DNA of 64,000 nucleotides, taken from positions 32,001-96,000 of IMG/VR virus record IMGVR_UViG_3300025154_000052; one strand, written 5' to 3'. This document shows positions 26,514-34,051 of this stretch, piece by piece (position 1 is the stretch's first letter; each line of letters begins with the position of its first letter). The notes beneath the pieces are model-generated. The model did not search any database. It saw only the letters and a program-made list of their open reading frames with translations, and was not told the DNA's origin. Made by a program: the position numbers and the translations under genes. The stretch comes from a virus.

Positions 26514-28192
26514 TAGAGCGGATGTACGGTAGGGTTGAACTGGCTGGGTCAAACTGGTGTATCGTCACCGAGCCCCAGGTGTCGCTTCGAATGAAGCGTG
26601 TCTTCCAGCGCATGGACAAGGGCCAGTTCGGGAAACTCTACCTGAGCGATACGATCGAGAACGCTCGAGAACTGGAGTGGTTCCTCGAGCGGTATCCGAT
26701 GGATGTCCATCCCCGAGAATACCTCTCCCAGCGCTCACAACAGCACAAGTCGCTGGCGGTCACTATTCACCACATCTTGACTGGGCACTACGAACCCACC
26801 CAGTTCCAACTGGCTCTCCCGCCTCGAGAGTATCAGCGTGTTGCAGCCGACATGGCTCTGGCTACGGGGAGCCTGCTTCTGGCTGACGATGTGGGGTTGG
26901 GTAAGACTTTATCTGCCATCTGCACGTTTTGTGACAGTCGTACCCTACCGGCGCTGGTCGTGTGCATGAGCCATCTCACCTGGCAGTGGCGGGATGAGAT
27001 CAAGAAGTTTGCGCCCGATCTGCGGACGCACGTCATTCGTACCGGCAAGGTTTATGACATCGCCCGCACCCGGGAGATGAAGGGCCAACTTCCTGATGTG
27101 TACATCATCAACTACCACAAGTTGAGGGGATGGGCCGATACGCTGGCCCCGATCATCAAGTCCGTGGTCTACAACGAGGTGCAGGATTTACGCACGGGTG
27201 AGGGGCTGAAGTACGCGGCTGCGAAACACATCAGCGATAACGTGGCGTTCAGGACAGCGCTCTCAGCCACCCCCTTTTACAATTACGGCGGTGAGTTTTA
27301 CAACGTGGCTGAAATCGTCCGACCTAGCGCGCTCGGCACGCGAGAGGAGTTCATCCGGGAGTGGTGTACCTACGGTGAGCAGAAACCGCGAGTGAAAGAC
27401 CCACGGGCGTTTGGGGTGTATCTCCGGGAGACCGGATTGATGTTGCGCCGGACGCGGAAAGAGGTAGGTCGTGAGTTGCCACCTGTTATCCGAGTGCCGC
27501 ACACCATCGAAGCGGATACGGCAGAACTCGAGCGGATCAAGTCCAGTGCTACCGAGCTGGCGCGGATCATCCTCTCCCAAGGACAGCAGGCACGAGGCGA
27601 GAAATTCCTGGCTGCTGAGGAGTTCTCCAACCTGGTCCGGCAGGCTACCGGCATCGCGAAGGCATCGTATGTGGCCGAGTTCGTCCGGCTGCTGGTGGAG
27701 TCGGGTGAAAGGGTGGTCCTCTTCGGGTGGCATCGCACCGTGTATGATATCTGGCTGGACCGGTTGCGCGACTTTATGCCTGCCATCTATACCGGCTCAG
27801 AATCGCCCCAGAAGAAGCATGCTGAGGCGAAGCGGTTCATGGACGGTGCTACCCCTATCCTCATCATGAGCCTGCGCTCAGGGGCCGGTATAGACGGTCT
27901 CCAGCATACGTCCAAAGTGACGGTGTTCGGAGAACTCGACTGGAGTCCGGGCGTTCACGACCAGTGTATCGGTCGTCAGGCGCGGGATGGTCAGGATGAG
28001 ACCGTTCTGGCCTACTACCTGGTGTCAGAGACTGGATCAGATCCTGTCGTGATGGATGTACTGGGTCTGAAGCGACAGCAGATCGAGGGGGTCAAGAATC
28101 CAGATCAGGACCTGATTGAGATGCTGGATTCGGGTGGGGCGGACAACGTGAAGCGACTGGCGCAGGAGTATCTGACCAGGCATGGAGCGTGA
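26510..28192 (+). CDS. SNF2-family helicase with variant Walker B (NEVQ)
   Basis: LLADDVGLGKT, LSATP, QCIGRQAR.GQ. Confidence 0.9.
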   Translation: MIERMYGRVELAGSNWCIVTEPQVSLRMKRVFQRMDKGQFGKLYLSDTIENARELEWFLERYPMDVHPREYLSQRSQQHKSLAVTIHHILTGHYEPTQFQLALPPREYQRVAADMALATGSLLLADDVGLGKTLSAICTFCDSRTLPALVVCMSHLTWQWRDEIKKFAPDLRTHVIRTGKVYDIARTREMKGQLPDVYIINYHKLRGWADTLAPIIKSVVYNEVQDLRTGEGLKYAAAKHISDNVAFRTALSATPFYNYGGEFYNVAEIVRPSALGTREEFIREWCTYGEQKPRVKDPRAFGVYLRETGLMLRRTRKEVGRELPPVIRVPHTIEADTAELERIKSSATELARIILSQGQQARGEKFLAAEEFSNLVRQATGIAKASYVAEFVRLLVESGERVVLFGWHRTVYDIWLDRLRDFMPAIYTGSESPQKKHAEAKRFMDGATPILIMSLRSGAGIDGLQHTSKVTVFGELDWSPGVHDQCIGRQARDGQDETVLAYYLVSETGSDPVVMDVLGLKRQQIEGVKNPDQDLIEMLDSGGADNVKRLAQEYLTRHGA

Positions 28193-28195
28193 GCG

Positions 28196-28384
28196 TTATT
28201 TTGTCTCGACATCTCGCCAGCCAGGAGCCTTCTCATCGGCCCACGCCTCGAGCGTATCCGCTACTCCGTGATGGACAAGGTAAGCCTTAAGTCGAGGGTC
28301 CACCTTGGTGTTTAAGGGGACCCGCTTAGGTCTTCCGGCGTTTCCTATGCCGGATTTGCGGCCACGGGGTTTGCGGTCAGACAT
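28196..28384 (-). CDS. Small putative DNA-binding (ribbon-helix-helix-like) protein
   Basis: GRP..VPLNTKVDP pattern. Confidence 0.5.
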   Translation of the reverse strand: MSDRKPRGRKSGIGNAGRPKRVPLNTKVDPRLKAYLVHHGVADTLEAWADEKAPGWRDVETK

Positions 28385-28643
28385 ACGATCTCCAATCAAG
28401 AGACTTTCCGTTCAACCCGGCCCGGGATGCCACCCAAACCATCTCCAGCGGGGTGTAATAGTCAGGGCATACCGCGCGTAGCGCCTCTGGCGTACCGTCC
28501 GTGCGTGCCGCAGCATCCACGATATCGGTGGGCGGTATGAAAGAGTAAGGGCGCTGATTCACGCAACACTGCGATAAAACGCACCACGTACCGTTCTCTT
28601 GCCTGCCTTTATGGGTACACTTTACTGCAGCCGGGCTTTCCAT
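28377..28643 (-). CDS. Hypothetical protein
   Basis: Operon fit. Confidence 0.4.
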   Translation of the reverse strand: MESPAAVKCTHKGRQENGTWCVLSQCCVNQRPYSFIPPTDIVDAAARTDGTPEALRAVCPDYYTPLEMVWVASRAGLNGKSLDWRSYV

Positions 28644-28671
28644 GGTCTCTCTTCCCTCTGCCTCCTGCGAT

Positions 28672-28926
28672 TCATCGCGGAGACTGCGTAGCAAACTGCT
28701 CTGTATGCGCCTTCAATGCGTTCCAGTCGGCCCGGCTCAACGCACTGCCGGACACGCGAGAGCCTGCACGCTGATATCGTTTTGATGTCCAACGGCCTTT
28801 TTGCCGATAAACTACCACCGGGCTTGACCACAACTCAAACCACCCTACGAGGTCCCCGTTATGTTCACGCTTGAGCAGCCGCGCAGAGAGCTCGAGACCT
28901 GATGGCAATGTGATCGTGGTCACCAT
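28672..28926 (-). CDS. Hypothetical protein
   Basis: AAGGAG RBS. Confidence 0.6.
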   Translation of the reverse strand: MVTTITLPSGLELSARLLKREHNGDLVGWFELWSSPVVVYRQKGRWTSKRYQRAGSRVSGSALSRADWNALKAHTEQFATQSPR

Positions 28927-28971
28927 AGTCTCCTTGTGCCCGGGATATCCGCCGGGGTTCGGGTGTAGCGG

Positions 28972-29166
28972 TTATGCCCAATCAAAAATCCACACTCCGG
29001 CAGGGCAGCGCAGGACGAAGATGTCAGCGTAGTCCTCCGGAAGAACCCCACCGTCCTTAATCGCCTGCTGGATAATCTTCAGCAGGTTGCCTTCGATCAC
29101 CGCGTTCGTGTTGTTCATCCAATCGGGCTTGATCACCATATCCTCATCCTCCGTCCGGCCGTTCAT
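28972..29166 (-). CDS. Hypothetical protein
   Basis: Downstream of a TTGACG/TATATT promoter near 29185-29215. Confidence 0.5.
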   Translation of the reverse strand: MNGRTEDEDMVIKPDWMNNTNAVIEGNLLKIIQQAIKDGGVLPEDYADIFVLRCPAGVWIFDWA

Positions 29167-29277
29167 CGACCGTCCATGTAGATAATATAATACCTGGATT
29201 TGATTAACGTCAAGACGTTTATTGAAAATAATCGCTCGGGATGAAAAAATAATCAGTGGGGATTTGCAAACTACTCG

Positions 29278-29306
29278 TTGACACTGGTACCGGGTAGAGC
29301 TATTGT
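29278..29306 (+). promoter_or_regulatory. Promoter facing antisense into the HTH gene
   Basis: TTGACA-N17-TATTGT with no credible plus-strand ORF downstream. Confidence 0.45.
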
Positions 29307-29322
29307 TCCGGTGCAGGCACCA

Positions 29323-29841
29323 TTACGACGCTCCGAGTTCCTGCACAGCACCCGTTAGCTGTTCCACGTCCCCTGTAGTGACGGGGTGGGGGATGTGGCC
29401 CCATTCATCCATCCACTTTCCCGCACCTAAAGCCGCAAGAAAGCCGCGGCATCCACTCTCGATCCGAAACATAATCGCTAATTCTCTAGAGGTTTGCTTA
29501 GATGCTCTTGTCGCACCAGTGACAAGTTGTGAAATGGCGCTTTGCGAAATCTGTGCCGCGTCCGCCAGTACACTCTGAGTGAGCCCGAAGATCTCCAACA
29601 GGTACTTCATCTGCGGCCCGAGAATGATGCCCTTTGTCTCAATTATCCAGTCACAGAAGATCTGGACCTGTAGTTTCTCGAGGCGCTCATCCTCGCCCGG
29701 TTTCAAGATGACATACAGATCCGAATCCAGCACATCTGCCCGGCAGGCATGAGTACCCAGTGGGGTATTCATCACGTAGTCCTCGATGGTTTTCCAATTC
29801 AGGCTGTCCACCGGGACGGGAACGAAATCTTGGCGCGCCAT
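29323..29841 (-). CDS. XRE-HTH protein, HigA/MqsA antitoxin-like architecture
   Basis: LGPQMKYLLEIFGLTQSVLADAAQISQSAISQL..G. Confidence 0.7.
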   Translation of the reverse strand: MARQDFVPVPVDSLNWKTIEDYVMNTPLGTHACRADVLDSDLYVILKPGEDERLEKLQVQIFCDWIIETKGIILGPQMKYLLEIFGLTQSVLADAAQISQSAISQLVTGATRASKQTSRELAIMFRIESGCRGFLAALGAGKWMDEWGHIPHPVTTGDVEQLTGAVQELGAS

Positions 29842-29848
29842 ATGTACC

Positions 29849-29882
29849 TCGCTACATTATAAGTCACTTATCAGTGTAGCGA
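29849..29882. promoter_or_regulatory. Nested inverted repeat over the -10 box and RBS of the HTH gene
   Basis: TCGCTACA/TGTAGCGA arms with inner ATAAG/CTTAT; minus-strand TATAAT at 29856-29861. Confidence 0.55.
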
Positions 29883-29896
29883 TGCGGATGGGTTGG

Positions 29897-30256
29897 TCAA
29901 GAAAAAGTGGCGCGCAATTGGTCCAAGGCGCTTGTCACGAACGGCTCGAGTCCCCACGCAAACAGCAGTTTCCCATTCTTGGCCGCCCCGCACGGTGTAG
30001 CTCCCGCCGCCAGATAGAGGGCTCCATCGTGCCCGGCCGCGGGATCCGCGTAACTGATGAGCAGGCGAGGCTTGGCTATCAGTTTATGGTCGCACTTCTG
30101 CCGCTCCCAGACATCAGCCAGAGACGGCAGGCGGTCACCACACATGCACCAATCTGGTAGCCAGTGGATGATCGCGCGTTTCAGCGCCATATCGTGACCT
30201 GCCGCCAGTGGGCAGTGTGGCTTGTGCCGCTCCCCACGGATTACCCTGCGAAGCAC
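29897..30256 (-). CDS. Mom-like acetyltransferase, C-terminal half only (possibly truncated)
   Basis: LLISYADPAAGHDGALYLAAG motif; the N-terminal HHY motif is absent. Confidence 0.55.
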   Translation of the reverse strand: MLRRVIRGERHKPHCPLAAGHDMALKRAIIHWLPDWCMCGDRLPSLADVWERQKCDHKLIAKPRLLISYADPAAGHDGALYLAAGATPCGAAKNGKLLFAWGLEPFVTSALDQLRATFS

Positions 30257-30293
30257 CTCGGGTGTGAAGTCGGGTGCGACCGATGGTGTGAGG

Positions 30294-30944
30294 CTACTTG
30301 TGATGCCCCCACATTAAAGGGGTCTCTAGCGCTTTTGCAATACTCCAGCCTCTTTTAAGCCGTGCGGAGATACAATCCGATCTAAGTCCATATCTTTCCG
30401 CCCATTCACTCAAACAGAGCGTCTCGCCATTGAACTCCATACGTCTATTGCTACGCATGTTCCTCGTTTGTGTTGTTATCGTGGCCCATCGACAATTACC
30501 AGGTTCGTAGTTTCCATTGACGTCGATTCGATCTAGAGTACTATCATTTGGCCTAGGCCCCATGTCTGACAGAAACGCTTTGAAACTGGCCAACCAGTTT
30601 TCGCAAATTGAGATGCCACGGCCACCATAATTGTGGAACTCGGGGTCGTAAACATTTGTGCAGCGTGCTTTCATGCTAAGCCATGACGAGTACTCTGGCG
30701 TGCTATGACCTCCTCGTTTAGCTCCGTGCGTTATGTTCCAGTTGGAGTGCATTTCCTGTCTCAGGCAACCGCAGGATTGACTGTCACCGCTGGTTAGCAC
30801 ATGCTTCGGGAGTTGACGCTCTATACCGCATTCACATTTCACATGCCATAGTTGTACCCTTGCTGGCGAGCGTTGTCCTTTGCCTAATACGGTCCATCGA
30901 CCGAACTTAGATCCAATAAAATTGGTAAGGTCATACTTTGGCAT
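30294..30944 (-). mobile_element. Free-standing HNH homing endonuclease gene
   Basis: YGGRGI.IC..W..SF..F..DMG.RP...TLDRID.NGNY.P.NCRWAT; visibly AT-richer than its flanks; own promoter TTCTCA-N17-TATACT at 30980-31008. Confidence 0.85.
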
Positions 30945-31009
30945 AATGTGGTTCCCATGTAAGTAGTGATACTGTGTATAGTATAGCATCAACAGAACAT
31001 AATGAGAAG

Positions 31010-31816
31010 CTACTCCGTGTAGGAGAACTTCGGATAAGGCAGGGCGGTCCAGTGCCTATCGACATGTCGCCTATCACGCCGATTCAGCACCCATGCATAC
31101 TTGTGGTTTCCCGGGTGTCTGAGCGGCCTGGTAAGCTTCGGAAGCCAGTAGTTGAGCCATACGTCAGAAGGCTCGAACAGTGGCCCCTGATAGGCTGTGG
31201 CGCCATGTTTTTCGAGGAGGGCGCAACTGTACTTCCACCCACGCTCGAGACTACGAATTTTGGAGATCGCACGGTCGCTCATGACGGTGCCGTCTGGCAA
31301 GAGTCTTAGCCGGCGAGATGTCCCCCTGCCCAGGTAGGTTGCGTTATGCCCTTGGTATATTCCCCCGATGTGGCCCGCGAACACATGGTGTCCGTCGATA
31401 GATTCTCGAGGCATAGGGTCGCTAAACGACAGCACCCCGACCATATCCCTCTTCCGAAGCAACTCCCAGCACCTGGCCAACATCCAAGTTTCACCATTCC
31501 CAGGAACATCGTCCAGAAGGACGAAGCGTCCGAGCTCGACGGATTGAAGTCGCTCCCCCGGAAAAATGGAGAGCAACCTGTCATTCGTCGGGTGGGAGAA
31601 CACCGCTACGCCAACCAGAGATCCAGCACGGTACAGACCGAACCTGAAGCGTGCCGCTGGATAACTGGCGCTGTAGTGATGGGTCTCTACGAAGGCTCGA
31701 GCAATTGTGTCACCGGGGATCTCAGCCACCTCGTAGTGGCTGGTGTTGATGACTTCATCTGCGGGACGATACACGCCTCTGCGTTCCCGCCAGCGCTGCG
31801 CTACCGCTGTGATCAC
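31010..31816 (-). CDS. Mom-like (GNAT) DNA modification protein
   Basis: FVETHHYS, GVAVF, VELGRFVL, GETWMLAR, LSFSDP, GHIGGIYQ. Confidence 0.8.
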   Translation of the reverse strand: MITAVAQRWRERRGVYRPADEVINTSHYEVAEIPGDTIARAFVETHHYSASYPAARFRFGLYRAGSLVGVAVFSHPTNDRLLSIFPGERLQSVELGRFVLLDDVPGNGETWMLARCWELLRKRDMVGVLSFSDPMPRESIDGHHVFAGHIGGIYQGHNATYLGRGTSRRLRLLPDGTVMSDRAISKIRSLERGWKYSCALLEKHGATAYQGPLFEPSDVWLNYWLPKLTRPLRHPGNHKYAWVLNRRDRRHVDRHWTALPYPKFSYTE

Positions 31817-31824
31817 TTCAACCT

Positions 31825-32034
31825 CTACTTTTGGCCGAGTCGTCGTTCCGCTACCTCGTCCCAGTCGATGTCGTCGTGCTTATCCTGACATCCCTGGCAC
31901 CAAGGACGGCCCAAAACATCTTTACGAATGGTGCCGTCCTTCTCAGTCGAACCGCTGTCCTTCCATCGCCCGATGGTTTCATCGGTCAGGTAAACACCGC
32001 ACATTGGGCACTTGCCCCACGGTGGTAAAATCAT
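31825..32034 (-). CDS. Small zinc-binding hypothetical protein
   Basis: CPMCG and CQGC. Confidence 0.55.
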   Translation of the reverse strand: MILPPWGKCPMCGVYLTDETIGRWKDSGSTEKDGTIRKDVLGRPWCQGCQDKHDDIDWDEVAERRLGQK

Positions 32035-32396
32035 TTTTCCTCCCGGGTCGATTCGATCCGATCACAGGTTCGGCAGAGCGCCAGCCCGTCATAGCGCTCA
32101 TGAGTCTTGACCGTACTGTCCACATTGAGCGGGACGGTACGAGCCGTGATGGGACGGTTACAACGAGGGCAATGATCGTTGGGTACCGGGCCCACCCAGC
32201 GACAGCCGATGAAGTCCATGTAGATGGGGACGACGGCCTGGAGCGCATCGTCCATGGGCTCACCCGGGCACTCAGTAGGCAGACTGAAGTCCTCCAGCCC
32301 GTCACACACCCTGCAATGGTGGACGTGCCCATCACAGTACGGGCAGTTCCCGGGACTGCAACACTGGCCCTCACATTTGTGCCAAATGTGGTTCAC
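32031..32396 (-). CDS. Cys-rich hypothetical protein
   Basis: GTGA overlap; CRVCDG...LPTECPG. Confidence 0.55.
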   Translation of the reverse strand: MNHIWHKCEGQCCSPGNCPYCDGHVHHCRVCDGLEDFSLPTECPGEPMDDALQAVVPIYMDFIGCRWVGPVPNDHCPRCNRPITARTVPLNVDSTVKTHERYDGLALCRTCDRIESTREEK

Positions 32397-33208
32397 GCCA
32401 GCACCTCCACCACGATAAGTGTGAGATTGTCGGAGGGGTCGCATTCGGCCAGCCGCATGCTGGAATCAGCAACCGAATGACCTACCAGTCGACGACCGAT
32501 CTCGTCGTCGTCGAGTTTCCCATGCAGTCCATCGCTGCACAGAAGGAACCGGTCGTGTGGCTCAACGCGGATAGTGGAGACGTCGGGAATCCCGTCGCCA
32601 CTACTGCAACCGATGAGCCGCCCGAGCCGGTGCCCGATGCCGTGGTCGATGGTCAGCCTGTGCAGTTTTCCCCACCGCGCCAGGTAGCAGCGGGAGTCCC
32701 CGATGTGAGCGATAGTGGCCTTGTAGCGACCGTCAAAAAGCGACAGTCGCAGTGCTACGGCTGTCGTGCCCGGTGCCTTGGACCATCCCTCACGGGGAAT
32801 CGCCTTGACCGCTTCGTTTGCCCGGCGAAAACCGAACCGCAGATTGGGCGCGCCGGAGATATGCTCGACCGCTACTCGGGAAGCCTCCTCCCCTTTGGCA
32901 TGTCCTCCCATCCCATCGGCCACAATGAATAAGCCGGTAGTACTGTCAGTGTGAAAAGCGTCTTCCTGGTTCTCACGCTCGCCAAGAAGATTCTCCGTCG
33001 ACACATCCAGGAACATAGTGTTGGGATTTCTCAGGGCGTAGACATTGTCCTTCACCCCGAGAACTCCCTGCGATGCCAGGGAGTCGATGGTCTTGGTGTC
33101 GACCCAGCACCGCTCGTCTGGGCTAGAGAGAAGGACAAGGTTTGCCTTGACCAGCCGACAAGGTCCGCGTCGGATCAACTGCAAGGCCGCGGCAGCATTC
33201 GAGTGCAT
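32393..33208 (-). CDS. PP2C/PPM-family Ser/Thr protein phosphatase
   Basis: RENQED, VADGMGG, GTT, HIGDSR, TIDH, LCSDGL, DNLT. Confidence 0.93.
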   Translation of the reverse strand: MHSNAAAALQLIRRGPCRLVKANLVLLSSPDERCWVDTKTIDSLASQGVLGVKDNVYALRNPNTMFLDVSTENLLGERENQEDAFHTDSTTGLFIVADGMGGHAKGEEASRVAVEHISGAPNLRFGFRRANEAVKAIPREGWSKAPGTTAVALRLSLFDGRYKATIAHIGDSRCYLARWGKLHRLTIDHGIGHRLGRLIGCSSGDGIPDVSTIRVEPHDRFLLCSDGLHGKLDDDEIGRRLVGHSVADSSMRLAECDPSDNLTLIVVEVLA

Positions 33209-33235
33209 GTTTCACCTCCAGATAAGTCTGAGGTA

Positions 33236-33277
33236 AGAATAACATGACCGTGCATACTGATCAACTAGTATTTTAAT
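33236..33277 (-). promoter_or_regulatory. Sigma70-type promoter with ATTAAAAT element
   Basis: ATTAAAAT-N5-TTGATC-N17-TATTCT. Confidence 0.7.
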
Positions 33278-33287
33278 CAATACGCAA

Positions 33288-33734
33288 TCAGAACAAGGAA
33301 AGTTGAACGACAGCAATAGATGGTAGTGCGGGCATGGGAAGAGGAAGGATGTTCGGTGACTGCTCTTGTCCAGATATATGCTGCTGGCACAAATCCCACG
33401 ATTCGTCATCCAAGGGAATTACGCCAGCCAGCGCAGCGACACAGATGAAGTGGGCCACCGCGCGTTGTGACTCCATGCCTGGCATTCGTCGTGACATGAT
33501 AACGCAACATGACCCTCGCCCTGGGGTTACCTGCCTGACGACTTCCCCTCCTTCAGAAGCCGCTATCACGTCCAGCGCCTCCCAGGAGACGAGAGGTTGC
33601 ACCGTGTTCCATCTGTCGATTGCCTCCCGTGCCCTGTCTCGGCTTCTGCCACTGTAAAGGATGGGGCGATAATTCTCGTTCGGGTACGCTCCGAAGTGTC
33701 CCGGCGCCAGTTCATGAATGATGTAGTCGCTCAT
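33288..33734 (-). CDS. Hypothetical protein
   Basis: Operon fit. Confidence 0.6.
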   Translation of the reverse strand: MSDYIIHELAPGHFGAYPNENYRPILYSGRSRDRAREAIDRWNTVQPLVSWEALDVIAASEGGEVVRQVTPGRGSCCVIMSRRMPGMESQRAVAHFICVAALAGVIPLDDESWDLCQQHISGQEQSPNILPLPMPALPSIAVVQLSLF

Positions 33735-33736
33735 CG

Positions 33737-34051
33737 CTAATCCTTGATCTTGGGCACTCGCTCAGCGGGGAGTGTATCGGCTGGGATGATGGCCATGCGC
33801 TCGATGGAGACGTAGTTGTCACCCTGGCTGCTGTTGTGGATCAACTCGTACAGCGCCCGTGAGAGCGACATCCGGCAGGCGTGATCTGGCCGGTTGTACC
33901 ACTCGCCATGCCTGAACCACATGTTGAGTAGTCCATTCGTCGCTCAAGAAGGCCGATACTTCTCCTGTGAAGCCGGCGCAGTATCGGCCTTCTTGAGCGC
34001 TACCAGTGCTGCTTCAGCGGTTTGGAACTGGATGATCTCACGCCTCTTCAT
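33737..34051 (-). pseudogene. 105-codon frame interrupted by one in-frame TGA inside a perfect inverted repeat
   Basis: ATG at 34051, TGA at 33946-33944, same frame continues to TAG at 33737. Confidence 0.45.
33941..33999. repeat. Perfect 20-bp inverted repeat with a 19-nt loop
   Basis: CGCTCAAGAAGGCCGATACT (33941-33960) and AGTATCGGCCTTCTTGAGCG (33980-33999). Confidence 0.9.

Noticed and set aside
30257-31009. Group I intron around the HNH gene
   Set aside because: The upstream Mom-like gene is complete with its own stop, there is almost no non-coding flank for a ribozyme core, and no P7-type motifs were recognised.
33944-33946. Selenocysteine recoding of the in-frame TGA
   Set aside because: A bacterial SECIS lies just downstream of the UGA; here the hairpin is upstream of and includes the codon.
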